Assembly (NCBI GenBank): GCA_040767225.1
Contig: JAXGOY010000002.1
Coordinates: 17,410 to 81,409, forward strand
Length of the DNA: 64,000 nt
From: Candidatus Dojkabacteria bacterium
GTDB taxonomy: Bacteria > Patescibacteriota > Dojkabacteria > SC72
Reading direction: 5' to 3'
Program-made: the position numbers and the translations under genes
In this document: piece by piece, positions 20,801-29,506 of the stretch
Position numbering within the stretch: position 1 is the first letter of the stretch
How the letters are laid out: the number at the start of each line of letters is the position of its first letter
Notes under the pieces: generated by a model
What the model saw: the letters and a program-made list of their open reading frames with translations, nothing else
Databases searched by the model: none
What the model was told of the DNA's origin: nothing

Positions 20801-20886
20801 CCTGTACCTGCACCTGCAATAATTAAAAGTGCTCCTTTTTTGTACTCAACTGCCTGTTTCTGTTTTTCATTCAAGTTTAAATTCAT
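17809..20886 (-). CDS. UvrD/PcrA-family helicase fused to C-terminal PD-(D/E)xK (RecB/AddB-like) nuclease with four Cys
   Basis: AGAGTGKT, LVDEFQD, VGDDDQAIYKFRGA, TVHSAKGLEF, EERRLFYVGATRAK; then SYSQ..CP, GKIDRID..IIDYKTG, CKYCDFRSIC. Confidence 0.92.
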   Translation of the reverse strand: MNLNLNEKQKQAVEYKKGALLIIAGAGTGKTAVITQRIVHIINSKWAKPDEILALTFTEKAADEMLQRVDESMPIGYGDVWISTFHSFCDRILKQEGYNIGLDSDYILMSAAQSYVFLRKHLFDLSLKKFRPYGNPTRFVSDLLDHFSRLQDEDVSPAEYLEYARALSKKDSVEKEEYEDTLELATVYDEYTKLKMKNSMLDFGDLILLTIKLFREKPNVLKRYQEKFKYILVDEFQDTNYSQSVLVNILSGLDPKKDMDKVGKVNPNLTVVGDDDQAIYKFRGAAISNILQFKQYYPKAKKIVLTENYRSHQKILDSAYGLIKNNNPYRLEVTEKVDKRLIAMESFPFDDDVVNLITAESEDAEGEWIAKEILSLTGNSDETSVRGTQKFNESGQSAFLELVPDRKYKFSDVAILVRANAHADSIVQNLRYFGVPYNLGGSRGLYFREEIKVLISFLKALTDYTDEVSMYMVLSMQEWGLSTREFLEINRIAREDHVSVLEELEGMFGVSIGNSMEFIVNELGKKIFSENSRENIKRFLTIYDKCAQMIKEKKSVGEILLYFINESGYINSLLEEKGPLAEFKANNLARFFNTIKEYERANPDSNVYEYVDFLNYSIEVGDSPLVDQMDLSEYDAVNVLTVHSAKGLEFPVVFLVNLVADRFPSQNRRDTIPIPQALIKETLSGLDEREEHLAEERRLFYVGATRAKEKLYLTAANFYGNAKRKKKPSIFLNEILDRDVTEDFNNPMVTKSDEGLNVYKEDTKNIVPENVKMEVGDKVSYSQIDTYIDCPKKYEYAYVLQIPTLPHASLSFGSTIHKTLKDFYTLLQRYKEGLGITNPPTEGELIEIFNKNWISKGYENKKHEEDRKKSGIKAMKEYYKKFFSTEQNPYRLEQPFTVHLPEGSFVGKIDRIDLVKAGDIPEVEIIDYKTGHLKDEADIKNDLQLPLYCIFAEQSLGVKVKRAKYIFIEEGVEIEVDISEERREKAKESVYEIVRRIKDREFTATPSSFKCKYCDFRSICKDAIL

Positions 20887-21752
20887 TTTGCAAGTTCTTT
20901 TAAATGAGATATTTCCTTTTGAGCAGTATCATATTCTTTAAGTGCAGGAGTTTCAAGAAGAAACGGAGTATTATAAAATTCTTTCCTATGAAGAATTTTA
21001 CTTAAAGTTTTGTCTCCCAATTTACCATCACCTAAATTTGCATGCCTATCTTTGTATGAGCCTAAGGTCACCATAGAATCATTAATATGAATTGCTTTTA
21101 CTCGTTCAAATCCTAAAGTTTCCCCTATCTCCAAAACAACACTATCTAAATCATTAACCCAGTCATATCCAGCAGCATATGTATGCTGTGTATCAACAAC
21201 AAAACCCACCCTATTCTTCTCTTTACATCCTTCTCTCATCTCTCTAAGCTCAGTAAAACTACTCCCCAAATTACCACCAGAGCCAGCAGTAGTTTCTATC
21301 AAAAGCTTTTGATCTCCCCCCACCTCATTTAACACCCAATCAATACCATATGAAATTCTTTCTAAGCTATCCTCGTAATTAAGTTCTTTTTTTGAACCAG
21401 GATGGAAACATATTCCTAAAATCTCAGCATCTATTTTCTCTTTCTTTATCATCTCACTTACTCTATTAGCAAAATCTAAATATACAACCAAACCCATTTT
21501 TCCTAAATGAAACAGTCTTTTATCCTTTCTTGCAAGATTAGTAAGATATATACCATGTATTAAAATTTTCTTAACACCAGAACCTTTTAATGTTTCAACA
21601 AACTGCTTAATAACTTCCTCAGGTATAGGCTTTGTTGCCCATCTCATTGGAGGAGAAAGCATAATTTGTATGCTATTAATGTCATACAAATCTCCCTGTT
21701 TTATTGTATTTTCTATACCTCCTGCTCCAGATACATGTGCTCCTAAATACAT
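20883..21752 (-). CDS. nfo: Endonuclease IV (AP endonuclease 2)
   Basis: GAHVS..GG, HGIYLTNL, FHPGS, IETTAG, DTQH..AAGYD, HINDS, DRHANLGDG, LETP. Confidence 0.92.
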   Translation of the reverse strand: MYLGAHVSGAGGIENTIKQGDLYDINSIQIMLSPPMRWATKPIPEEVIKQFVETLKGSGVKKILIHGIYLTNLARKDKRLFHLGKMGLVVYLDFANRVSEMIKKEKIDAEILGICFHPGSKKELNYEDSLERISYGIDWVLNEVGGDQKLLIETTAGSGGNLGSSFTELREMREGCKEKNRVGFVVDTQHTYAAGYDWVNDLDSVVLEIGETLGFERVKAIHINDSMVTLGSYKDRHANLGDGKLGDKTLSKILHRKEFYNTPFLLETPALKEYDTAQKEISHLKELAK

Positions 21753-21821
21753 ATACTGTATTTTAAAGCAAATCTCTCTCTTTATCCACTAGGTTGTATG
21801 ATATAATTTGAGGTGTCAATT

Positions 21822-21910
21822 GGAGAGGTGCCTGAGTGGTCGAAAGGAACTCACTGCTAACGAGTCGTAGATCTAAAAGTCTACCGAGGGTTCGAATCCC
21901 TCCCTCTCCG
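21822..21910 (+). tRNA. tRNA-Ser (GCT)
   Basis: GGAGAGG..GAGTGGTCGAAAGG-A-ACTCA-CTGCTAA-CGAGT, long variable arm, GAGGG-TTCGAAT-CCCTC-CCTCTCC-G; CCA not encoded. Confidence 0.92.
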
Positions 21911-21945
21911 TTTCTTTTTCATAGATATTCCCCTATACTTTATAC

Positions 21946-23565
21946 ATGAATAAAAAGAAGAACTCTCCCATATCTTTTACCCTGCTATTTCTTCTCTCAA
22001 TATCACTTACCCTACTTCTCATCTGTACTTTTTTTGTAATTGCAAAAGATAACAAGAAAACAGAACAAAAGATTAGCAATACACAAGATATAACTCCCAA
22101 ACCAACCATAGAAGATATACAAATACCCAATTTTGATATACAACCAATATACTCCGATACAGACCTTAAAAAGTTCCCTCCCTATTATTATAAAATATTA
22201 AACCTACTAAAAACCTCTCTTTCTCAACATGAAAAAACCACTCTACTTCTTTATGGTCAAGCAACAGTAAAAACAAATTACACAAACATTACTAATGCAT
22301 ATACATACCTAATACAAAATAATATTCCGATACTAATTCCTCAAGAATATATAAACAGTTACATGAATACAGAATTTTCTACCCTGCTTAACAATGAACA
22401 AATACCTGAAGGAATAAAGGAAGATGTAAAAAGAGAAAGTAATACATTTAGAAATGAATATGAAAAATATATATATGATCAAACAGCTCTTACAGAAGAA
22501 CTCCCCACTGCTAATCAAGAAACTACTCAAAATACAGAAATAACTTCATTAGATTTTTTAATACTCTTAGAATCACAATCAATAAATGAAGCATATTACA
22601 AATTAAAAGTTCTTAAATTCCTAAACAAAGAGAATACCTATCTAACCTCTATTTTAGATACTCTTTTAGAATACTCTTCTTATATACAAAATTCTGATAC
22701 TAAAATTAAATTATCCAACCTTTTAAACCCAATTATATTTAATAATCTAAACAATAAGACTGGAATTGTATATTGGAATATGTTTGTATTTAAAGATAAA
22801 ACATATGTATACCCTATGTATATAACACAAGAGTTTACTGTAAATGATGCCAACTTTAACGAGCCATACGATGTAGAACCTCTTCTACAAAGTAAAAAAT
22901 CAGTAAGAGTTCCTATCCTTATGTACCACCATATAGACCCAATGCCAAGTAGTGGTTCAAAAAACACTCTCGGTCTTTATGTAACACCTGAAGTATTTGA
23001 AGAACAATTGGCATACTTAGTTAAAAAGAATTACAGAAGTATTACTCCGCAGGAGTTGTATAACCTTCTTAAAAGTGGTAAAAACCCCTCTCAAAAGAGT
23101 GTAATGATTACATTCGATGATTCAACAAAAGGCCAGTACATCAACGCATATCCACTATTAAAGAAATATGGATTTACAGCTGTTTACTTTGTCCCTTCTA
23201 AGAAGTCTTCAATAACATATGCACAGTTAAAGAACATGGGAAAGAACGGAATGATAATAGGGTCCCACTCGGCCACACATATAGACTTAGTAAAAGAGGA
23301 TGATGAACAGAAACTATACTCCGAAATTGTAGAAAGCAGATATTCACTTCAAAGTGGTACAGGGCAGGATGTCATATTCATATCTTACCCAGGATGTATT
23401 GCAGACTCACAGGTATATCCCTATGTCATACAGGCAGGATATCTCCTTGGGGGAAGCTGCGGCAAATCAATAGATCATTACTTTCGTAATCGACTATCTT
23501 TATCAAGAGTTCATGTGTTTAATAGCTTAGATAACCTAAAAGACATACTATCAGGGAAACCTTAA
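21946..23565 (+). CDS. Membrane-anchored polysaccharide deacetylase (NodB/CE4 domain at C-terminus)
   Basis: VPILMYHHI, VMITFDD, IGSHSATH, ISYPG. Confidence 0.85.
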   Translation: MNKKKNSPISFTLLFLLSISLTLLLICTFFVIAKDNKKTEQKISNTQDITPKPTIEDIQIPNFDIQPIYSDTDLKKFPPYYYKILNLLKTSLSQHEKTTLLLYGQATVKTNYTNITNAYTYLIQNNIPILIPQEYINSYMNTEFSTLLNNEQIPEGIKEDVKRESNTFRNEYEKYIYDQTALTEELPTANQETTQNTEITSLDFLILLESQSINEAYYKLKVLKFLNKENTYLTSILDTLLEYSSYIQNSDTKIKLSNLLNPIIFNNLNNKTGIVYWNMFVFKDKTYVYPMYITQEFTVNDANFNEPYDVEPLLQSKKSVRVPILMYHHIDPMPSSGSKNTLGLYVTPEVFEEQLAYLVKKNYRSITPQELYNLLKSGKNPSQKSVMITFDDSTKGQYINAYPLLKKYGFTAVYFVPSKKSSITYAQLKNMGKNGMIIGSHSATHIDLVKEDDEQKLYSEIVESRYSLQSGTGQDVIFISYPGCIADSQVYPYVIQAGYLLGGSCGKSIDHYFRNRLSLSRVHVFNSLDNLKDILSGKP

Positions 23566-23619
23566 TCTCTTTCAATAAACTCCTTGTATTTTTATAGTAG
23601 ATAACATAACATTTTACAT

Positions 23620-24336
23620 ATGGAAGAGCAGAAAAAGAATTTTACACAAGGCTTACTCATCACTTTTGGAGTAATAATCTTAGGCCTTGTTAGCTACATC
23701 TACTACTACTCACATATACTCCCTCAAAGATCTGCTCCTAGATGTGAGTACAAAGGATGGGCATATGCAGATAAAGAAATATTTGATATGGGAGATGATT
23801 GTAATATGTGTTTTTGTAGTGATGGGGAAGTAATTTGTTCAAACAAAAATTGCAGTAATTTAAATCAAGAAATTGTACAAATATCTACAGACAAAAAAGG
23901 GTATAAACAGGGAGAAAATATAGATATTACAATATTAAATAACACAACATCCCCTGTCTACTATTACATTCAAGACAACTCTTTTTGGAAAGTTGAAAAA
24001 CAAGAAAATGAAGATTGGATAAACATCAAAGATGTCCCCTCTATTAAAAATTCAGGGGTTATTATTAATAACGATAAAATAAAAGCGGGAGACTCATGTA
24101 CTCTCATATCACAACAACAAACAGGGTTAAACGAATTAAAACAAGGACAAGGCATAGAATCAAAATGGGTACAGTTTCTATGTACTCCAAAAGAAAATTT
24201 AACAACAGGAACAGTACAATATCTTCCTGCTGGACAGTATAGATTTGTCTTTACATATGGTAATTTAACAGAAGGAAAACCAGATGTGTTATCAGATGTA
24301 AAAACAGCATATTCAGATACATTCACCATTAAATAA
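23620..24336 (+). CDS. Membrane-anchored protein with Cys-rich pacifastin/vWC-like module and Ig-like domain
   Basis: TM; CEYKG..DDCNMCFCSDGEVICSNKNC; STDKKGYKQGENIDITILNN...LPAGQYRFVFTY..YSDTFTIK. Confidence 0.6.
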   Translation: MEEQKKNFTQGLLITFGVIILGLVSYIYYYSHILPQRSAPRCEYKGWAYADKEIFDMGDDCNMCFCSDGEVICSNKNCSNLNQEIVQISTDKKGYKQGENIDITILNNTTSPVYYYIQDNSFWKVEKQENEDWINIKDVPSIKNSGVIINNDKIKAGDSCTLISQQQTGLNELKQGQGIESKWVQFLCTPKENLTTGTVQYLPAGQYRFVFTYGNLTEGKPDVLSDVKTAYSDTFTIK

Positions 24337-24414
24337 CCATATGTTTTTGTTATTCTTGCATTCTTTATCCTTAACTGATATCTTTTTGTATTTATTTTTA
24401 TCTATTTAATAGTT

Positions 24415-25854
24415 ATGAATATACAATTAAAAGATTTTTTAGAAATACCATATACAGAATTAGAGAGATTAAACCTTGAAAGCAAGAAACGAAGAATTGA
24501 AAACTTTGGAAAAAGTAATAACAAGTTGAAAGAATATTACATACAATATCTTAAAAAAGAAACAAAAATAAAAGCAGTAACAGTGAGCTTTACAGACATT
24601 GAAGGAAAATTCCATATGCTTGATTATGATAAAGATTACATTCTAGAAGCAGATGACAATCTTACATTTGACGGCTCCTCTGTAAAAGGTTTTACACATG
24701 TAGCAGAATCTGATTTAAGACTTAAATTAGACTGGAGTACATTCTACTGGCTTCCAAGTGATGTCTTCGGACCAGGAAAAGTAATGATATTTGCAGAAGT
24801 ATATACATCAGAAGGCAAACCCCACCCTTCTGACTTTAGATCAAGGTTAAGAGAATATACAAGACAACTTTACAAAAAAGAAAACTACCTAATAATTGCA
24901 GCAAATGAAATAGAGGGAATACTTGTACAAGGTTTAGATGCAGAGATTAATTTTAACGAACTAGAAGGTTTTAAACTTGCATCAAGCGGAGGATATTATC
25001 ACTCTCTTCCATTAGACAACCTAAGAGTATTTATTGATGCAACAGCAGAAGCACATAGGGCACTGGGATTTGAAAATGAAAAAGATCATCCAGAGGTAGC
25101 TCCTTCTCAATTTGAATTAAATTACAAACCTTCTCTTGTAGAAATTGCGGCAGATCAGGTTCAACTATACAAACTAGCTGCAAGACAGGTGGCAGAAATA
25201 CAAGGAATGACAGCAACATTTCTTCCAAAGCCTTTAGTTGGAATAAATGGGAATGGTATGCATACAAATATATCAATAGAAAAGGAAGGCAAAAATATCT
25301 TTTATGAAAAGAATGGAGAAATTCACCTTTCACAGCTAGGTACTGATTTTGTTGATAGGATATTAAATAAAGCAAGAGCAATATCTCTTGTATTAAACCC
25401 AAGTGTAAATGCATATAGAAGGTTAGATCCTAAATTTGAAGCTCCTAATCAAATAAAGGCCTCTGCAGTAAATAGATCTGCAATGATAAGGATACCTTTA
25501 GCAAACGAAAGGTCTGCAAGAATAGAGGTAAGATCTGTTTCTCCTGATGTAAACCCGTACATGCTTTACTACACTCTTCTAAGAGTAGGTTTAGAGGGCC
25601 CTAAACAAAGAATAACAAAGGAAATAACTCCAAGGACCAAGTTACTCCCAGATAATATATATGATGCTATAAAGTACTTTAGAAGGTCTAGTTTAACTAC
25701 AGAGATATTTGGTCAAGAGCCAAAGAATAAATATATTGAATTAAAACAAGCTTCTGCGGATAGATGCCCTAAATCATTAGGGTCTAAGGTAAAAAGATCA
25801 GAGGTAATATTTCATCATGAAATAACAAATCAGTTGCTATGGAATGAGTTTTAA
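24415..25854 (+). CDS. glnA: Glutamine synthetase family protein
   Basis: FDGSS, ESDLRL, ANEIE, HPEVAPSQFE, TFLPKP..GINGNGMHTN, YRRLDPKFEAP, NRSAMIRIP, RIEVRS. Confidence 0.9.
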   Translation: MNIQLKDFLEIPYTELERLNLESKKRRIENFGKSNNKLKEYYIQYLKKETKIKAVTVSFTDIEGKFHMLDYDKDYILEADDNLTFDGSSVKGFTHVAESDLRLKLDWSTFYWLPSDVFGPGKVMIFAEVYTSEGKPHPSDFRSRLREYTRQLYKKENYLIIAANEIEGILVQGLDAEINFNELEGFKLASSGGYYHSLPLDNLRVFIDATAEAHRALGFENEKDHPEVAPSQFELNYKPSLVEIAADQVQLYKLAARQVAEIQGMTATFLPKPLVGINGNGMHTNISIEKEGKNIFYEKNGEIHLSQLGTDFVDRILNKARAISLVLNPSVNAYRRLDPKFEAPNQIKASAVNRSAMIRIPLANERSARIEVRSVSPDVNPYMLYYTLLRVGLEGPKQRITKEITPRTKLLPDNIYDAIKYFRRSSLTTEIFGQEPKNKYIELKQASADRCPKSLGSKVKRSEVIFHHEITNQLLWNEF

Positions 25855-26477
25855 TTATCTTCCCTTTTCTTAAGCAACAAACCAAATACAAGATAGAAAA
25901 CAAATATTCCCAACAAACCAACAGAAAGGTCCATCATCGTATCATCTATTCCCCCTTTTAACATCTGAGTAGAAAACAATCTGTCACTCCAATATTCATA
26001 TATCTCCCAGAGAGCAGTAATCCCAAAAGATATTGAACTAGCTAATACTAAACTAATACCCTTTGAATATTGTTTAATAGTAAAAAAATACCTAAATATC
26101 CCAATAGATATTAGAAGAGGAGCAACAAAATGTACAAAGTCATCAAACCATAATACTGCAAAAATCCCATTGATATCATACCAGCCCCAAAAGTTCCCTA
26201 AAGTATCTAAAAAGAATATTACATTCAGAAGAAATACAATTAAAACCCTATTAAGGTCTTTATAATACTTTTTCTTAAAATAAAGAGTTAACAGGAGAGA
26301 ATTAATAACAACAATAGCAGTTAATCTCCCAGTATAATCAAGTAAATAGTTAGTAATACCCAAACTCTCAGGATTAACTATTCCTAATGAAAATAACAAA
26401 CAAAGAAGCAATAATCCAAAATGAACAATACAAGAGAATATAAATCCAAACCAATATATTTGAGCCCTATTTCTCAT
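25851..26477 (-). CDS. Multi-pass membrane protein (DUF2238-like)
   Basis: WFDDFVHF, LWEIYEY, DTMMDL motifs. Confidence 0.65.
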   Translation of the reverse strand: MRNRAQIYWFGFIFSCIVHFGLLLLCLLFSLGIVNPESLGITNYLLDYTGRLTAIVVINSLLLTLYFKKKYYKDLNRVLIVFLLNVIFFLDTLGNFWGWYDINGIFAVLWFDDFVHFVAPLLISIGIFRYFFTIKQYSKGISLVLASSISFGITALWEIYEYWSDRLFSTQMLKGGIDDTMMDLSVGLLGIFVFYLVFGLLLKKREDN

Positions 26478-26553
26478 ATCCTATTCCTAGATAATATCAA
26501 AATAGAATCTACAAAGGAAATTAACCGTAATTTAAACAATAATGACCTTAATA

Positions 26554-26962
26554 TGGTGGAGACGGTGGGACTTGAACCCACGTCCAAAAGCTAAGTACAG
26601 TCTCATTTACAAATATATTTAGATTTATATAGTTAGATTAAACTAAAAAATCTAACAAAAAGTCTAATCTACTCGGTAATTAATTTCACTAAGTATCCTC
26701 TACCGACAAAGAATACAAAGCATACCCTAGTAACGACTGTCTATATCTCTTAACTAGGGATAAGGGAAATAGACATTGACTAATATTTAGTCAAACTTAT
26801 GCAAAGTTAAAAGCATAATTAGGCATGCTAAAAGCAGCCTTCAGCTTACTTGCAAAAGCGTTAATTTTGTTTTCTACACTTATCTGTGTTTAAGTTTTAC
26901 GAACTTAAAAACGATTTGTGATAACTGCACTTACAGACTTTTGTCGAAAGCCTGACGTCCCC
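26554..26962 (-). ncRNA. ssrA: tmRNA
   Basis: 5' GGGGACGTCAGGCTTTCGAC, 3' GGACGTGGGTTCAAGTCCCACCGTCTCCACCA, G3:U pair; tag frame 26877-26797 VENKINAFASKLKAAFSMPNYAFNFA*; smpB present in window. Confidence 0.95.
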
Positions 26963-26989
26963 AAGCTATTAAAGAACATATATATTATA

Positions 26990-27718
26990 CTACATTTCTC
27001 TCTTAACTGCCTCCCACATACTAATACCAGCAGCAATTGAAAGATTCAAAGAATCAATACTACTACTGTGAGGAATATATACACTCTCTCCAAGTTCTAA
27101 GTACTTTTCATCTAAACCTTTAGATTCATTGCCATGAATAATGGAATACGGTTCAACAAACTTTACATTCTCTACACTACTCTTTCCATTAAGCATAAAA
27201 GGGTAGAGATGATGGGAAGAAAACTTTGAAACATATTCTTCAATATTATTAAAATACTCAAAGTTAATACTAAATACAGCACCCATAGAAGCTCTTACTA
27301 CCAAAGGATCAAAGATATCTACAGCTGGTTTAATAATAGCTAAATTTTTGAAATCAAACCCAAGCATAGTTCTAAGTATTGTTCCTAAGTTTCCTGTGTT
27401 AGATGGATTAACTAATACAATATGATTTTCATCTTCTTTAATCTTTGAAGCATATTTCTTAAAAACACCGACTACATATGTATTCTCTTTTACAGATATT
27501 TTATCAATAAGCTTGTTATTTATTTGTGTATGTATATTTCTTTTCTCACACTCCTTCTGAATTGCAGGTATATTTCCATCTTTAAAACTATCTTCTTTAA
27601 ACAATACTTTTAAAACACTCTCCGGATGAAACTTTAATAACTCAATAACTGGATATGCACCAAAAGCATACGAATATGTAAAGTCTTTCTGGTATTTTTT
27701 AATCTTAGGTTGAAACAT
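26990..27718 (-). CDS. TrmH/SpoU-family RNA methyltransferase
   Basis: GNLGTILRT, VVRASMGA, GNESKGL, IDSLNLSIAAGI. Confidence 0.9.
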   Translation of the reverse strand: MFQPKIKKYQKDFTYSYAFGAYPVIELLKFHPESVLKVLFKEDSFKDGNIPAIQKECEKRNIHTQINNKLIDKISVKENTYVVGVFKKYASKIKEDENHIVLVNPSNTGNLGTILRTMLGFDFKNLAIIKPAVDIFDPLVVRASMGAVFSINFEYFNNIEEYVSKFSSHHLYPFMLNGKSSVENVKFVEPYSIIHGNESKGLDEKYLELGESVYIPHSSSIDSLNLSIAAGISMWEAVKREM

Positions 27719-27754
27719 TTTACTTACTTCGCTTTAAGAATATCTTTAAAAATT

Positions 27755-28684
27755 TTATCTGTTGACTTTCTTTTTCCCTGCTTTTGATATATTCCATTTT
27801 TCTTCTCTTAAAACCATATATGCTTCTTCTACCTTTTCTTTTGTCATTCTAAGTAAGTAGTTCTTTCTTTCAAGCTCTCTTTGAACCTCCTCCTCCCTCT
27901 TATACATTTCATATATGCTTTGCAAGAAACCTATCAATAAGACCACATAACTAATCAATTTAGATAATGTTGAAAGGTTAAGCATCAGCTCATATTCAAG
28001 ATTTAGATATGGTAGAAAAAATATTTGAGACAAAATTGAAAAAACAAGAGAAAATAGTATCCAAAAATCAAAATTTCTATAATACAATCCTTCATCTCTT
28101 GTGTACCCTATCAATGTAATTAGGTATATAAACAGGGAAATAGTCTGCATAGATATTGCAAACGTATATGACTCAAAACCCTCAAAGAGTTTTGTAAATG
28201 ATACAACCATAATAATGAAAGTTGAGACAATGACAAGAAAACCTGTCAAAGCAACTCTGTCTTTTCCACCTTGCTCTCTCTTTTCAGATTGTGTAAATAT
28301 CCAACTTAAGAAGAACACAAGAGCAAGAAAAAACCTTGACAGAACCATACTGCTTGGAAACATTTGAAAAGGGTTAGACGCTATTAAATCTGAAAACATA
28401 TTCATAGAAGCAAGTATATGAAAGCCATCAAGAAGTGCAACAGAAAGGAATCCTAATCCAAGCAAAAGAAAGTTTATACTGCTCTTTTTTGTATAATATC
28501 TTAAAATTGAAAGATTACCAATAAACAAAGCAAAAATACAAGCAAAAAGGTCAATTAGCAGATAAAAGTCCTTCATCCAAGGAAAGTTCCCAGAGAGATA
28601 TGCAAACACAAGAAAAAGAAACATTACAAAAAGTATTATAGTTTCTTTATTCCTTACCTGCTGTTTTGTATATATTTTATCCAT
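27755..28684 (-). CDS. Stand-alone MASE3-like membrane sensor protein ending in a coiled coil
   Basis: ~8 TM helices, FLLLGLGFLSVALLDGFH, LSRFFLA, KLISY; no kinase or cyclase domain. Confidence 0.7.
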   Translation of the reverse strand: MDKIYTKQQVRNKETIILFVMFLFLVFAYLSGNFPWMKDFYLLIDLFACIFALFIGNLSILRYYTKKSSINFLLLGLGFLSVALLDGFHILASMNMFSDLIASNPFQMFPSSMVLSRFFLALVFFLSWIFTQSEKREQGGKDRVALTGFLVIVSTFIIMVVSFTKLFEGFESYTFAISMQTISLFIYLITLIGYTRDEGLYYRNFDFWILFSLVFSILSQIFFLPYLNLEYELMLNLSTLSKLISYVVLLIGFLQSIYEMYKREEEVQRELERKNYLLRMTKEKVEEAYMVLREEKWNISKAGKKKVNR

Positions 28685-28703
28685 AAACTATATATTATAT
28701 ATA

Positions 28704-29229
28704 TTAATACATATACTTAGAAAAAGAAATTTTTTCATTTCTTTCTGCATGGGGAGCACATACAACAACATTTCCTTTTCCATCTTGAGATATAAAGTAG
28801 CCTGTACCATTTGCAGATATGTATAAAGGGTCTGTTGGCATAATCACAAGCTGATCACTACTCTCTTCGGTCAAAAAACTCATATCTACCAAGTCTATAC
28901 AATTATATGGCCCCGTTTTGCATATTTCATGGGTAAAATAAACACATTTATCAGAGATTGGTATTTCCTCAGGAATATCTCTATTGGTTCTTGTATATGC
29001 ACTTACATAGGTTAGTATAGTAGAGATATCTGCAGACCTCTTCAAATTTCTTGCTTCAGCAGCCTCTTTACTAGGATTAATTGCTAACAAAGCTAAAAAC
29101 ACAACAACACCAACAGCAGATAAGACAAAGAGTATCTCTGTTACTTTAAACTTCTCGTTAACCTTTTTAGGTTTTTCCTCTTTTTTGGTATAAAGTTTAT
29201 AGTATTTCCAATCAGTTGAGAATCTTCCA
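28704..29229 (-). CDS. Type IV pilin-like protein; probable start MEDSQ (about 29229) joined through an A-tract frameshift, ORF track starts at 29264
   Basis: KF-KVTEILFVLSAVGVVVFLALLAINP..ARNLKRSADISTIL class III-like N-terminal helix; MPTDP..GTGYFI..VCAP.AE. Confidence 0.7.
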
Positions 29230-29352
29230 TACATACATAATACAAAAAATATGATTTTTTGCATATTGTATAGTGCAGTACCTATAGAGTGATAACTGTT
29301 TTTCTATAGTAATTTAATGTTTAAAAAGGTTGTTAAATCAACACTTTTAAAG

Positions 29353-29361
29353 TTATCCACA
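29353..29361 (+). promoter_or_regulatory. Perfect DnaA box outside oriC
   Basis: TTATCCACA in the intergenic region between tRNA-Ser(CGA) and the pilin-like gene. Confidence 0.45.
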
Positions 29362-29387
29362 ATTCAAAACTCTATGTGAAAAATAAA

Positions 29388-29478
29388 CGGAGAGGGTGGG
29401 ATTCGAACCTAATGATTCAGGAAAACCCCGAATAACACATTTCGAGTGTGTCCTATTCAACCACTCTAGCACCTCTCC
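29388..29478 (-). tRNA. tRNA-Ser (CGA), T-stem imperfect
   Basis: Reverse complement GGAGAGG..GAGTGGTTGAATAGG-ACACA-CTCGAAA-TGTGT, long variable arm, TTAGG-TTCGAAT-CCCAC-CCTCTCC-G. Confidence 0.8.
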
Positions 29479-29506
29479 CTGCATTGAAATTATACAACAA
29501 TATGTG

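Noticed and set aside
17809-20886. Helicase-nuclease fusion as a novel defence system
   Set aside because: Matches the well-known UvrD plus PD-(D/E)xK (AddAB/AdnAB-like) repair architecture and is coupled to nfo
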